A DNA stretch of 64,000 bases from the NCBI GenBank assembly GCA_965219995.1, contig CBDCOX010000002.1, positions 640,001 through 704,000 of the forward strand, read 5' to 3'. The notes under the pieces are model-generated. The model searched no databases, had not been told where the DNA came from, and was given only the letters and a program-made list of their open reading frames with translations. Below are positions 26,821 to 37,960 of the stretch, piece by piece. A program made the position numbers and the translations under genes. Numbering within the stretch: the first letter of the stretch is position 1; every line of letters starts with the position of its first letter. The DNA is from Candidatus Latescibacterota bacterium. Its GTDB lineage: Bacteria > Latescibacterota > UBA2968 > GCA-2709665.

Positions 26821-27996
26821 TTGAAGGGTGTCTTCGAAAAATTCCGGGACGGCGGGATCGCACGGTTCCGCAGGAGCCGGAAAACCCGCCCGTCCGGTGA
26901 GGAATCGGGAGCGCAGGTACTGGTGGCTTCCCAATGGCGGCTGATGTGGTGGAAGTTCCGGAAGCACCAGCTGGCCAAAATCGCGGGCGCGGTCCTGATC
27001 CTCTTCTATCTTGTGGCGGGATTCTGCGAATTCGTGGCGCCGCACGATCCGCACCGCCTGAATACGAAGTACATTCATGCGCCTCCTCAGAAGGTTCGGT
27101 TCATCGACGCCGACGGGGCGTTTCATTTCAGACCCTTCGTGTACCGGCACGTCCAACAGCGGGACCCGGTTACGCTCCGACTCTCCTACCACGAAGACCG
27201 TTCCCTGCGCCTGCCCATCCGGTTCCTTGTCGCCGGAGACCCGTATGCCCTCTGGGGATGGGTTCCCCTGCGGCGTCATCTGATCGGTCTTGAGGACGGA
27301 GAACGCCTGTTCCTGCTTGGCGCCGACCGCATGGGTCGGGACCTGCTGTCCCGCATCGCGTACGGGGCGCGCGTTTCGTTATCCATCGGATTGATCGGCA
27401 TTGCCATCAGTTTCGTTCTGGGTCTGATTATGGGTGGAATTTCAGGCTACTTCGGCGGCAGAATCGACGACGTCATCCAGCGGCTGATCGAGTTCATTAT
27501 GGGAATTCCGGGTCTGCCGCTGTGGATGACGCTCAGTGCCGCGCTTCCCCCTGACTGGCCGATCATCCGGGTCTACTTCGGCATTACGATCATTCTGGCG
27601 TTCGTGGGCTGGACCGGCCTGGCGCGCGTGGTCCGCGGGCGCTTTCTGGCGCTCCGGGAAGAAGATTTCGTGATGGCGGCACGGCTGGGGGGCGCCCGGG
27701 AGAGCCGGATCATCGCCAAACACATGGTGCCTTCGTTTATGAGTTACATCATCGCCGCGCTCACGCTGGCGGTTCCGCAGATGATCCTGGGTGAGACGGC
27801 GCTGAGCTTCATCGGGCTTGGGCTGCGTTCGCCCGCGATCAGCTGGGGAGTGCTCCTGCAGGATGCGATGAATATCCGGGCCGTGGCGCATTTTCCGTGG
27901 CTTCTGCTGCCGGGCGTGTTCGTCATTGTCGCCGTGCTGGCGTTCAACTTTCTGGGTGACGGGCTGAGAGACGCGGCCGATCCATATACCAGGTAG
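26821..27996 (+). CDS. Dpp/Opp-family ABC transporter permease (DppC-like)
   Basis: LGADRMGRDLLSR, FVMAARLGGA, LGDGLRDAADP. Start uncertain. Confidence 0.9.
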   Translation: MKGVFEKFRDGGIARFRRSRKTRPSGEESGAQVLVASQWRLMWWKFRKHQLAKIAGAVLILFYLVAGFCEFVAPHDPHRLNTKYIHAPPQKVRFIDADGAFHFRPFVYRHVQQRDPVTLRLSYHEDRSLRLPIRFLVAGDPYALWGWVPLRRHLIGLEDGERLFLLGADRMGRDLLSRIAYGARVSLSIGLIGIAISFVLGLIMGGISGYFGGRIDDVIQRLIEFIMGIPGLPLWMTLSAALPPDWPIIRVYFGITIILAFVGWTGLARVVRGRFLALREEDFVMAARLGGARESRIIAKHMVPSFMSYIIAALTLAVPQMILGETALSFIGLGLRSPAISWGVLLQDAMNIRAVAHFPWLLLPGVFVIVAVLAFNFLGDGLRDAADPYTR

Positions 27997-28004
27997 GGGG
28001 GACG

Positions 28005-29006
28005 ATGGATCCATCGGTGTTGCTCGAAGTCCGTGACCTGCGCGCGTATTTCTTCTCCGACGAGGGTACGGTGCGGGCCGTGGACGGCGTGGATTTTCAG
28101 ATAATGAAGGGTGAGACCCTCGGCGTGGTCGGGGAGAGCGGCTGCGGCAAGAGCGTGACGGCGCAGTCCATCCTTCAGATTCTACCGAAGAACGGTCGGA
28201 TTGTCGAAGGCGAGGTGCTGCTGCACGTCAATGGAAAGGCCGTCGACCTGGCGGGATTGAAGCCGAACGGAAGGGAGATCCGGAATATCCGCGGCAAAGA
28301 GATCGCCATGATGTTTCAGGAGCCGATGACCTGCCTGAGTCCGGTCCATACGATCGGCAACCAGATCGAAGAGGCCATCCGGCTGCATCGCAGCGCGGAC
28401 CGGAAGGAGGCCAGGGAGATCGCGGTCGATATGCTGCGCAAATGCGGCATTCCGGAACCGGAGCGGAGGGTGGATGCCTATCCCCATCAGTTGAGCGGGG
28501 GCATGCGGCAGCGGGCGATGATTGCCATGAGTCTGTCCTGCCGGCCCCGTCTGCTGATCGCCGATGAGCCCACGACGGCGCTGGACGTCACAACGCAGGC
28601 GCAGATTCTGGACCTGCTGAGGGATCTGCAGGAGGAAATCCACACCTCCATCATGATGATTACGCACAATCTGGGCGTCGTCGCGGAACTGGCCGACCAC
28701 GCGATGGTGATGTACCTCGGAAAGGTCGTGGAGTTCGCACGCTGCGAGACGATCTTCAACGATCCCGGTCATCCGTACACCCGCGCCCTGCTGAAGTCCA
28801 TTCCCCGGCTGGGAAGCAAGGCGAAGGAAGGCCTGCTTTCGATCGAGGGATCGGTTCCGAACCCGTACGAATTGCCCTCCGGCTGCAAGTTCCATCCGCG
28901 GTGTCCGGACCGGATCGACGGCGTCTGCGACCGGTACGAGCCGGAGTTGACGACAATTGGTGCCGAACACGGCGTGAGTTGCTTCCTGTATTCCGAACCC
29001 GAATAG
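28005..29006 (+). CDS. ABC transporter ATP-binding protein (DppD-like)
   Basis: [26 protein letters not shown] and a C-terminal GC.FHPRC oligo_HPY region. Confidence 0.95.
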   Translation: MDPSVLLEVRDLRAYFFSDEGTVRAVDGVDFQIMKGETLGVVGESGCGKSVTAQSILQILPKNGRIVEGEVLLHVNGKAVDLAGLKPNGREIRNIRGKEIAMMFQEPMTCLSPVHTIGNQIEEAIRLHRSADRKEAREIAVDMLRKCGIPEPERRVDAYPHQLSGGMRQRAMIAMSLSCRPRLLIADEPTTALDVTTQAQILDLLRDLQEEIHTSIMMITHNLGVVAELADHAMVMYLGKVVEFARCETIFNDPGHPYTRALLKSIPRLGSKAKEGLLSIEGSVPNPYELPSGCKFHPRCPDRIDGVCDRYEPELTTIGAEHGVSCFLYSEPE

Positions 29007-29074
29007 GGGAACAAACAGGAAGCACGCAGTCAACCTTTGCAAGATGCATTCCGTATCGCTCCGGTGCCATCGCG

Positions 29075-29180
29075 TATTGCAACGTGGTCATTGAGCTTGT
29101 CGAAATGCCCGTGTCTCACGATACGTTCAGCGCATAGCCGGGAGCCCGTCGCCGACCCTTCGACAGGCTCAGGGAGCGAC
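29075..29180. repeat. REP-like element inside ABC operon (inverted homolog of 24475-24610)
   Basis: 29142-29178 matches the reverse complement of 24475-24511 at 35/37. CATTGAGCTTGTCGAAATG and ACGTGGTCATTG also match 24530-24610 inverted. Confidence 0.75.
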
Positions 29181-29304
29181 TTCGGGCTCAGGCACATAGC
29201 TGGCCGGGCCGTTCTGCGTCGGAGTTCCGTCATCCTGTTTCCGGGAGAGAAACCCGGTACCGGCATCTGCGCGTGAAGCCAACCACCCGCAAAGAAAGTT
29301 GACC

Positions 29305-30333
29305 ATGTCCGACAGCGAAACCGTTCTTCTGGACGTGAAGAACCTGCGCAAGCATTTCCCCATTACCGAAGGGTTCATGAAGCGGGTGGTGGGGCAGGTG
29401 AAGGCGGTGGACGGCGTCAGTTTCGCGGTGAAGAAACAGGAGACGCTGGGCCTGATCGGCGAGAGCGGGTGCGGCAAGACCACGGTGGGCCGGAGCATCC
29501 TGAGGGCGGTCGAACCCACCGGCGGAGAAGTGCTCTTCGAGGATCACGGACGGATGGTCGACGTCTGCGGCCTTTCACGGAGGGAGTTGAGGGCGTTTCG
29601 CAGGCATATGCAGATGGTGTTTCAGGACCCGTACTCCTCGCTGAATCCCCGGATGACCGTTTTCGATATCGTAGCGGAGCCGCTGGTGGTGAACCGGATC
29701 GCCCGGGGCGCCGAACTCGAGGACCGGGTCGCGGAGCTTCTCGGGGTCGTCGGACTGGACCCGCAGTTCATGCGCCGATATCCGCACGCGTTCAGCGGCG
29801 GGCAGCGTCAGCGGATCGGCGTCGCGCGGGCCCTGGCGTTGAACCCCAGGCTGATCATCGGCGATGAACCCGTTTCGGCGCTGGACGTGTCGGTCCAGGC
29901 CCAGGTGTTGAATCTGCTCCAGGAACTGCAGGAGCGGTTGGGGCTCACGTACCTGTTCATTTCTCACGATCTGGCGGTGGTGGAACACATCAGCGACCGG
30001 ATCGCCATCATGTACGTGGGTCAGATCGTGGAACTGGCGGACGAGGAGACGTTGTTCGCCACGCCCAGACACCCGTATACCGAAGCGCTGCTGTCGGCCG
30101 TACCCAAGCCCGATCCCGCGTACAGGAAGCGAAAGATCCTGCTGCAGGGCGAAGTAGCCGATCCGGCCAATCCGCCCACGGGATGCTATTTCCACCCCCG
30201 GTGTCCCTATGCCGAGGCCCTGTGCCGGGAGGAAACGCCGGAACTCGTCGACGTTTCGCCGCCGGAACAAGACCCTCATTACGTCCGCTGCCACTTCAGC
30301 GACACCCTGCAGCTGGCAGGAATCGACGCATGA
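29305..30333 (+). CDS. ABC transporter ATP-binding protein (DppF-like)
   Basis: [31 protein letters not shown]. Confidence 0.95.
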   Translation: MSDSETVLLDVKNLRKHFPITEGFMKRVVGQVKAVDGVSFAVKKQETLGLIGESGCGKTTVGRSILRAVEPTGGEVLFEDHGRMVDVCGLSRRELRAFRRHMQMVFQDPYSSLNPRMTVFDIVAEPLVVNRIARGAELEDRVAELLGVVGLDPQFMRRYPHAFSGGQRQRIGVARALALNPRLIIGDEPVSALDVSVQAQVLNLLQELQERLGLTYLFISHDLAVVEHISDRIAIMYVGQIVELADEETLFATPRHPYTEALLSAVPKPDPAYRKRKILLQGEVADPANPPTGCYFHPRCPYAEALCREETPELVDVSPPEQDPHYVRCHFSDTLQLAGIDA

Positions 30334-32258
30334 CGAAGTCGCGCAAACAATCCCGCCGGACGGCGGGTCTCGTGTTCCACGCCGTCATCCTTCTCGTGTG
30401 TCAGCTTTGTCTGACGGATTCCGTTCCGGCGTCGCCCGAGGCGTTGAAAGAAGCGCCGGTGCTGGGCGAACGCGTCCGGGCGGGACTACTCCCGCCGCTT
30501 CGGGAGCGTCTGCCCGAGTCGCCTGCAGTCGTGCTTCCCGTGGAGCGTACCGGCCGTTACGGCGGTACGTGGCGGCGCGTACACATGGGTATGCCGGACC
30601 GGGCCGGCTGGATGCGTCTCACGTACGATCCGCTCCTGCGCTGGTCGAAGGATTACGCAAGGGTCGAGCCCAATCTCGCCCGCTCGTGGGAGGTCTCGGA
30701 CGACGGAAGGGAATTTACGTTCAACTTGCGAAAAGGGATTCGCTGGTCCGACGGGGCGCCGTTTACCGCGGACGATTACATGTTCTGGTACGAAGACGTG
30801 ATCCTGAACGACGATCTGAATCCCGTCAAGCCAAGCTGGCTCACCATCGCCGGTGAACTCGGCGTTGTCGAACGCCTGGACGACCACACGATCCGGTTCC
30901 GCTTCGTGAAACCGAACGGCGTCATCCTGCAGTGGCTGGCATCGTGGACGGACGTGGTCGCGGGACCGGCGCCGAAGCACTACCTCAAGCGGTTCCATCC
31001 GAACTATGTACCGGAATCGGTACTGGATTCCATTGTGTTCGCGGAAGGCTATGACACGTGGATGGCGCTGTACGAAACCAAGAGCAGTGCGTTTCTGAAT
31101 CCCGACCGGCCCGTTCTTTGCGCATGGCAGGCGAGAACCGGCGCGGACGCGGCCATCTTCATCGCGGAGCGCAATCCCTACTACTGGAAGGTGGACCCGG
31201 AAGGCAATCAGCTGCCGTACATCGACCGGGTGGAAATGACGCTCGTACAGAGCGCTGAGACGGTGACGCTCAAGGCCATCGCCGGACAGATCGATATGCA
31301 GAGCCGGCGGGTCGAATTCATGAATTATCCGTTGCTGATGGAGCACCGCGAAAGCGGCGGATACCGCGTTCTGCGGTGGAAGCCGGCCACCACGGGGCAG
31401 GGAACCGTCTATCTGAATCAGAACTATTCCCACCAGGATTCCGTGATGGGCGCCCTGCTCAGGAACCGCACGTTCAGGCGGGCGCTGTCTCTGGGCATTG
31501 ACCGACGGCAGATGATCGACCTGTTCTACATGGGTGTGACCGAGCCCAGGCAGGTGGTCCCGTATACCGATGAATTGCACGGTGTGCCTGGTACCGATAC
31601 AATGTACACTTCGTTCGATCCGGATCAGGCGAACCGCCTTCTGGACGAAGTCGGACTCGACAGGCGGGACAGTGCGGGATACCGGCTGCGTCCGGATGGC
31701 AAAAGACTGAAGTTCACGATTGCCGGATTCACGCCTGGAAACGCTTACGTGGACGTGGCCGAACTGCTGGCAACGCAGTGGATCGCGCTGGGCATCCAGT
31801 CAACGGTCAAGCCCGAAGACGTGGCCTTGTGGGTGACGCGCGCCACGGCAGGGGAACACCACGTCTCCGTGTATGCCGCATCCGGGGGGTTCCGGCCGAT
31901 GATGGATCCGGTCTGGTTCTTCCCCTCGGCGTCCACGGCCTACTGGGCGCCGCTGCACGGGCTCTGGTACACCAGCGGCGGGAGGGCCGGAGAAAAACCG
32001 ACCGGCGAGATTGCCCGTATCGTGGAAATTTACGAGCAGGCAATGACCACGGTGGACGAAGCGGAGCAGGTGGCGCTGGTGAAGCAGGCTGTGCAATTGC
32101 ACTCGGAGAATCTCTGGCGGATCGGCGTGTGCGGGGGGTTCGACCAGGTGTTCGTGGTCAAGAACGACTTCCGCAACGTCCCCGAAGTCGGTCTGGGCGA
32201 CAACCCGCTGTTAACGCCGGGATATACCCACCCGGAACAATACTTCTTCGACCGGTAA
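30330..32258 (+). CDS. ABC transporter substrate-binding protein, family 5
   Basis: ATG overlaps the previous stop; signal-like N-terminus; [40 protein letters not shown]...QLPYID. Confidence 0.9.
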   Translation: MTKSRKQSRRTAGLVFHAVILLVCQLCLTDSVPASPEALKEAPVLGERVRAGLLPPLRERLPESPAVVLPVERTGRYGGTWRRVHMGMPDRAGWMRLTYDPLLRWSKDYARVEPNLARSWEVSDDGREFTFNLRKGIRWSDGAPFTADDYMFWYEDVILNDDLNPVKPSWLTIAGELGVVERLDDHTIRFRFVKPNGVILQWLASWTDVVAGPAPKHYLKRFHPNYVPESVLDSIVFAEGYDTWMALYETKSSAFLNPDRPVLCAWQARTGADAAIFIAERNPYYWKVDPEGNQLPYIDRVEMTLVQSAETVTLKAIAGQIDMQSRRVEFMNYPLLMEHRESGGYRVLRWKPATTGQGTVYLNQNYSHQDSVMGALLRNRTFRRALSLGIDRRQMIDLFYMGVTEPRQVVPYTDELHGVPGTDTMYTSFDPDQANRLLDEVGLDRRDSAGYRLRPDGKRLKFTIAGFTPGNAYVDVAELLATQWIALGIQSTVKPEDVALWVTRATAGEHHVSVYAASGGFRPMMDPVWFFPSASTAYWAPLHGLWYTSGGRAGEKPTGEIARIVEIYEQAMTTVDEAEQVALVKQAVQLHSENLWRIGVCGGFDQVFVVKNDFRNVPEVGLGDNPLLTPGYTHPEQYFFDR

Positions 32259-32337
32259 CCTCGCGACTCCTCTTCCCCCACCCTTTCGCCGATGCGCCCC
32301 GCACCCGCACGGTCAACAATGAGGTCGCCGAAGTGAA

Positions 32338-32760
32338 GGTGGGGCAGACATTTCTGTCTGCCCGCATTCGCCCCATCCGTCGGGCCGCACCTCCGCTCAC
32401 TCTTCCCACACACCCTTCCTGATTTGCCCTCCATCTCCCACTGTCATCCTGCGGCAGCCGGCGTAAGGGTGGGGCGGACATTTCTGTCTGCCCGCATCGC
32501 CCCACCCGTCAGGCCGCACTTCCGTTCTCTCTTCCCGCATACCCTTCCTGATTTGCCCTCCGTCTCCCTCTGTCATCCCGATAGAGCCTCCAGGCAGGCG
32601 ATGTCTCCGCGCAATTGGTTTTACCGCCCGTTTTCGTACAGGACGATCGAGACGGGAGATTCTTCGCTGTGCTCCCAATGACATGTATTGCAGATTCCCT
32701 CGGCGAGACGCTTCTGTCATGCGTTTGGGAAGCCTGCCATCCTGAGGAAGCGTCCGGTAT
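32338..32760. repeat. REP-like cluster with ~130-bp tandem duplication
   Basis: Units start at 32338 and 32468, each motif B + CCCTTCCTGATTTGCCCTCC + TGTCATCC. A motif C variant follows at ~32650-32686. Confidence 0.8.
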
Positions 32761-33149
32761 GCAAGAGAATCAGTGTCGACGTTTAGCGAGGCTTTCGAGG
32801 AGAAGTATGGGACGACCCCGACCAAAGATTGCAGGAATTGGAAACTGTGACAATTTCAGGACACGTGGACAAAACTTCAGTATTGACATCGAAAAATCAT
32901 TGATGCAACTTGCGACGATACGAGTTATTTTTGTTCAGTGGGCAAATTCAACGGAATTCATCATAATGATTCCGTAAAATCATAAATAATTCAAAATATG
33001 AGCTTAGAGAAAGAAACTGGCACTTGTCATGTGCGCCCGAAGAAGTGCGAACATTGTTCATTCCGTGAAACGCAGACGTCCGGGTGTGCACGCGGCAGGG
33101 TAGGTCCCTTCATAGAGCCAGTGAAGTGGCCGGCCACGGACTGGACAGG

Positions 33150-33290
33150 CCATTCTGGCTGGTTCTGGCGGCCGCCGGTGCTCCCGAGCCAGCGGCGCCA
33201 CAGGGACAGAAGAAAGCGGATTTCAACGGCGACGGCATCGTGAATTTCGCCGATTTCTTCGAAGAGTCCCGCATATCGCGAAACCCGTGA
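33150..33290 (+). pseudogene. Fragment encoding a single dockerin-like EF-hand
   Basis: WLVLAAAG...KKADFNGDGIVNFADFFEE followed soon by a stop; the second EF-hand is absent. Confidence 0.5.
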
Positions 33291-33389
33291 ATTCAGTGTG
33301 CGAGTCGGGCGGCCCGCTCTTTCAGGCGGAAATCGGGTCCGGCGGGGGTACCGGGCCTTGCGAATACGCAAAGTCAGAGGATTCCCTCG

Positions 33390-34595
33390 ATGAGACGAAA
33401 AGTATCCATTACTACAGTCGCGGTTCCGGTTTTCACGGCCCTGCTGACAACGTGGGTGTTTTCGGGCGCCGGCAGCGATGTGCCGATTGGCGCTCGGGAG
33501 GAGGCGAAGCTGAGTTCCCGGCAGGAAATCATTATAGCTGCATGCTGCGCCAGGGTCGGGGGCAAAGACATCGACGGGTTGTCGGCCGCCGGAAACGGAA
33601 GCCCGGAGGGCATCTGGTCGGACGGCGTGACCATGTGGGTGGCGGACGAATTTGACGAAAAGCTGTATGCCTATGACCTGGCGTCGGGGCAGCGCGCCGC
33701 AAAAGACTTCGATGCGCTGGACGCCGCCGGAAACGGGAGCCCGGAGGGCATCTGGTCGGACGGAACCACGATGTGGGTTGTAGACGACCCGTGGTTCGGC
33801 GAGAAAGTCTTCGCGTACGACCTGTCCACCATGGCCCGGGATTCCGACAAAGACATCGATGTCCTCGAACCTGCCGGAAACGACAATCCGGAGGGCATCT
33901 GGTCGGACGGCACGACGATGTGGGTGGCCGACCACACTGACGTTAAGCTGTATGCGTACGACATGGACCGGAATGCCCGGGATCCGGACAAAGATATCAA
34001 TGCGCTTGAAGCTGCGGGGAACAACCACCCGCAGGGAATCTGGTCGGACGGTGCGACGATCTGGGTCTCGGACTACGCCGACGCGAAGATCTATGCCTAC
34101 AAGTTGACGTCGCGGGCCCGCGATCCCGAGAAAGACGTCGATTCCCTGGCTGCCGCCGGAAACAGCCACCCGGTCGGCGTCTGGTCGGACGGCGCGACCA
34201 TGTGGGTGGCTGACTACGTTGACAAGAAGCTGTACGCCTACAACCTCCCTTCCCGCGGAAACGCGCCCGCCATCCTTTCGGTGGCGCCGGGCATCGGCGC
34301 GCTCACGGTGTCGTGGACCCCGGCATCCAGCGGCGGCCCAGCCGTTTCCGCGTACGACCTGCGCTACATACTCAGCGACGCCCCCGACAAGGCCGACGCC
34401 AACTGGACCGTGTTGCACGATGTCTGGACGACTGGTTCAGGAACGCTTGTTTACGTTCTGACCGGGCTGACCGGCGGCGTCCGGTACGACGTTCAACTGC
34501 GTGCGGTCACCAGCGACGGATACGCGCCCTGGTCGCCCGTACGGATCGGAACACCGCTGGTGCGGGCTCCGGCTTCGACAGATTTCAACGGCTAA
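33390..34595 (+). CDS. Secreted beta-propeller repeat (GIWSDG, 5 units) + fibronectin III protein, C-terminally truncated
   Basis: Signal-like N-terminus; five AGNxxPxGIWSDGxTMWVxD...KxYAY repeats; FN3 LTVSWTP...YDLRY...LTGL..G.RYDVQLRA; stops inside a dockerin motif (DFNG*). Confidence 0.75.
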   Translation: MRRKVSITTVAVPVFTALLTTWVFSGAGSDVPIGAREEAKLSSRQEIIIAACCARVGGKDIDGLSAAGNGSPEGIWSDGVTMWVADEFDEKLYAYDLASGQRAAKDFDALDAAGNGSPEGIWSDGTTMWVVDDPWFGEKVFAYDLSTMARDSDKDIDVLEPAGNDNPEGIWSDGTTMWVADHTDVKLYAYDMDRNARDPDKDINALEAAGNNHPQGIWSDGATIWVSDYADAKIYAYKLTSRARDPEKDVDSLAAAGNSHPVGVWSDGATMWVADYVDKKLYAYNLPSRGNAPAILSVAPGIGALTVSWTPASSGGPAVSAYDLRYILSDAPDKADANWTVLHDVWTTGSGTLVYVLTGLTGGVRYDVQLRAVTSDGYAPWSPVRIGTPLVRAPASTDFNG

Positions 34596-34883
34596 CGTCG
34601 GACCGATTTTGCCGACTTCTTTCTCTTTGCCGACGCGTACGGCGGCATCGAGGTCTTAGAGGATCTCGACGTCTCGACCTTTTGTGGAGACGACGTCAGC
34701 GGTATGGATCTTGGCGTCAGCGTTGGGATCGGCACGGATACGGCAATTGCCGAAGGGATGGCGTTTTCCGTAAACCTGCGATATACGTTGGGGCTCACAA
34801 ACGTCGACAAGACGGGTGAGGAAGACATCAAGAACCGAAGTCTCACCCTCCAGGCCGGCGTCGGCTTTCCCATAGGCGAATAG
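34596..34883 (+). pseudogene. In-frame continuation: rest of the EF-hand fused to the C-terminal half of an outer-membrane beta-barrel (PorT/OMP-like)
   Basis: After TAA the frame reads RRTDFADFFLFADAYG...MDLGVSVGIG...VNLRYTLGLTNV...IKNRSLTLQAGVGFPIGE*. Confidence 0.6.
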
Positions 34884-35052
34884 TCAGGCGTTTCTGGCCT
34901 TTTCGCAGGATTCCTTGTCCTTGTGTTTGGGGATGGACAACGCGTCGCGGCGTCGGTCGGGGCTGTGTAGACATTGAGGAAGCGTGCGCGAAGGTGGGGA
35001 GACGTCTCACGGGCAGGCATGATTAACCATCCATCGACGAGTGGAATATCCC

Positions 35053-35440
35053 ATGAAACGGCTTTCGACGTTGGGACTCACGCCATTATTGGCAGGCCTC
35101 ATGTTCGCACAAGCAGGCCTCGTCCAGGACTATAGGCGCCCGGGATTTCCTGAAAGCGGGATTGCCAGCCTCGGCAAGGGGATGATCAGTTCGCGCGACC
35201 GCGCGGTGGCCTGCTCACAGGACATACGGATGAAGTCACTTCGGTGTCGTTTTCGCCGGACGGGAGTACCCTGGCCAGTATCAGTGGCGACAATACGGTG
35301 CGGTTGCGGGGCGTCGCCACGGGGCAGGAAGGACGCGTCCTTCAGGAACATACGCGAAATGTCACTTCGGTATCGTTTTCACCAGATGGGAGTACCCTGG
35401 CCAGCGGCAGTTAGGACGGCACGGTGAGACTGAGCGATAT
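35053..35440 (+). pseudogene. Decayed secreted WD40-repeat gene
   Basis: Signal peptide + QDY...PE..IA.LGKG...DRAVA, then a frameshift into GHTDEVTSVSFSPDGSTLAS...EHTRNVTSVSFSPDGSTLASGS*DGTVRL. Confidence 0.75.
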
Positions 35441-35529
35441 TTGCAAACTGTTTCATCTGGACTCCCGGTGAATAGACGACAAATATCCAGATCCTGTTCG
35501 GAAGCGTTCTCTACTCGGAGGTTAATTTC

Positions 35530-37728
35530 ATGACGCGTTTTGTTTTTCATACGGCCCTGTTTGTGGTACTGGGCCTTATCCATTCGCCGCTGCGGGTGGC
35601 CCATGCTTCGACTACGCCTGCCGACAGCGTGCGCGTCCTGCTACAGATGAGCCTCGAGCAACGGCAACATGACCGCCTGTTATCTGCCGGCAAACTCGGC
35701 TACGGCGCTTCGCCGGAGTTTTCGGTGAGGGTTGTCTACTTTCATCCGGCCGACCTTGAGCCTCACCCGGATATCGATGCCAAATTGCACTCGTTTATAG
35801 TGTACGTGCAGTCGTTTTATGCGGATGAGATGGAGCGACACGGATATGGAAGGAAGACATTCAGGGTTGAAACCGATAAAGCCGGAAGTGCGGTTGTACG
35901 CCGCGTAACTGGAAAGTTCGCCAATTCACACTACAGAAAACCGGATGCGCTACGTGAAGTAGATGCAGAAATCAACGTGAAGTTAGGCAAATCCGACAAC
36001 GTCGTCTATCTCATTTGGGTCGATCTGGATGATCCCGAACCCGGTGAATTCAGTCAAGTAGGGGGCAATGCCTATGGAAACTCGTTTGGAGGAACGGCAC
36101 GAATCATAGCCACTGACTTTAGATGGACGACGACACCCAGACATCTCTTTGTCCGCACCTGGACGGTAATTGCCCACGAGCTTGGACACGCGTTTGGACT
36201 GCCACACGATTTCCGAGACGACCGCTACGTGATGTCGTACGGAGACTATGTGCTTATAAACCGGTTGTCACCTTGTGCCGCCAACTGGCTGGATGCCCAT
36301 CGTTATTTCAACACCAGCCATTCGTATCAGAACCGGCCGGCGACAATCGAGATGCTACCACCTGTCCTTGCATTGCCGCCCAATACAATCCGCCTGCGAT
36401 TCCGGGTCGCCGACCCGGATGGGATTCGCCAGGCACGGTTGGTTTCAGACACGATAGATCCGACAAGGCAGCAAAGTGGAGACAAAGTACTTGAATGTAA
36501 GACGTTAAACGGCGACAGTGAAACCGAAGAAATAGAATTCACAACGAATTCGCTTGCAGCCAGAAGCGAATATGTCGGGCTTTCTATTATCGATGTCAGG
36601 GGGAACTTCGAGCACAGACGCTTCAAGATAGACGTTGCTTCCTTACGGCCCCCTACAGATGTTGTGTCAATACCCGACCAAAAGCTAGAGGCGTCGATCA
36701 AAAAGAACATCAACAAGGATCAAGGAAGTACTATCACACAGACTGATCTATTAGACTTAACGACGCTGAATGCTCCCAATATCAGTATTGCGGATCTCAC
36801 TGGACTGGCGTATGCGAAAAATCTCATTTACGTGGATCTCAGGCGCAATCAGATTACCGACATCACTCCCTTAGCCGGTTCGACCCGGTTGAGGTCGTTA
36901 TTGATCAGTAAGAATCAGATAAGGGACATAACGCCACTTTCGAGATTGACGGAGTTAAGCGAATTGTGGCTCTCGGACAATCGGATACGTGATTTGAAGC
37001 CGCTATCAGGATTAACGAATCTAACCAATCTGTTGATTTCCGATAATCAGGTGGGTGATATCGAACCGCTTACAGAATTGTCTAAGTTGCGTGGATTACA
37101 CCTCCGCAGAAATCAGATCAGCAACGTCAGCCCGCTTACAGGATTGGTAAATCTGGAGCATTTATATCTCCGTGGGAATCCCATCGACGATACCTCGCCG
37201 CTTCGCGAATTGCTACGCCAGAATCCATTAGTGCAAATAGACATCCACGTTCCGCGCCTTGCTCTGGTCAAAATCTCCGGCGACGAACAACAGGGACCGG
37301 CCGGGTCCAAATTGGTCGATCCCTTTGTCGTTGAAGTAAGGGACCTGTACGACAATCCTCTGCCCGATGCGTCTGTGACGTTCGTGGTCACCAGCGGGGG
37401 AGGAACGCTTTCGGAAGAGAACATCGTCACCGATTCCAACGGTCGTGCGTCCACCATATTGACCTTGGGAAGCCTTCCTGGTAACAACGCTGTCGCAGTG
37501 ACGCTGGCCGATGGAAATCCTGAGACTTTCACCGCCGAGGGGTTGGTGACACCCGATTTCGACGGAGACGGCACCGTCGGCTTTAGCGATTTCGTGCAGT
37601 TTGCCGCACAGTTCGGATCGAGCGAGGGCGACGAGGGGTATGACGCGAGATTCGATCTGGACGGAAACGGCGTCATCGGTTTCAGCGATTTTGTGATGTT
37701 CGCCGGCGCCTTCGGGAATGGAACCTGA
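35530..37728 (+). CDS. Secreted Zn-metallopeptidase (HELGH) + internalin-type LRR + Big-1-like Ig + dockerin-like domain
   Basis: GGAGG RBS; signal ending AHA; HELGHAFGLPHD; IPD..L cap and ~6 22-aa LxxLxLxxNQIxDIxPL repeats; TDSNGRASTILTLG; PDFDGDGTVGFSDF. Confidence 0.88.
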   Translation: MTRFVFHTALFVVLGLIHSPLRVAHASTTPADSVRVLLQMSLEQRQHDRLLSAGKLGYGASPEFSVRVVYFHPADLEPHPDIDAKLHSFIVYVQSFYADEMERHGYGRKTFRVETDKAGSAVVRRVTGKFANSHYRKPDALREVDAEINVKLGKSDNVVYLIWVDLDDPEPGEFSQVGGNAYGNSFGGTARIIATDFRWTTTPRHLFVRTWTVIAHELGHAFGLPHDFRDDRYVMSYGDYVLINRLSPCAANWLDAHRYFNTSHSYQNRPATIEMLPPVLALPPNTIRLRFRVADPDGIRQARLVSDTIDPTRQQSGDKVLECKTLNGDSETEEIEFTTNSLAARSEYVGLSIIDVRGNFEHRRFKIDVASLRPPTDVVSIPDQKLEASIKKNINKDQGSTITQTDLLDLTTLNAPNISIADLTGLAYAKNLIYVDLRRNQITDITPLAGSTRLRSLLISKNQIRDITPLSRLTELSELWLSDNRIRDLKPLSGLTNLTNLLISDNQVGDIEPLTELSKLRGLHLRRNQISNVSPLTGLVNLEHLYLRGNPIDDTSPLRELLRQNPLVQIDIHVPRLALVKISGDEQQGPAGSKLVDPFVVEVRDLYDNPLPDASVTFVVTSGGGTLSEENIVTDSNGRASTILTLGSLPGNNAVAVTLADGNPETFTAEGLVTPDFDGDGTVGFSDFVQFAAQFGSSEGDEGYDARFDLDGNGVIGFSDFVMFAGAFGNGT

Positions 37729-37960
37729 CCTGCCGTTTCCGCGTTTGCGCCCGCCATCGTCGGCGCTGCGAACTGGCGGAGTCGCTGGACGAACTGCACG
37801 TGAAAGCCGTGAGGGTCAACCTGGAATGCGCAGAGCTGAAATGGCAACTGGTGCGGGAGTGAGCGACAGTCATGAACTGTTTTGGCTGTTCTTGCGGTCA
37901 AATGACGGCGAGAGTCGGGATACTGATCGAAGTCGTTTATTCTGCTCTCTGGTAAATCCC

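Noticed and set aside
32338-32600. Palindromic repeat pair as a mini-CRISPR
   Set aside because: Only two units, and the intervening sequences are homologous to each other; the same motif is dispersed elsewhere, so it is REP-like.
34593-34595. Stop-codon reassignment or read-through at TAA
   Set aside because: TAA terminates normal genes here (3975, 32258, 49450) and neighbouring fragments are also decayed; a nonsense mutation is simpler.
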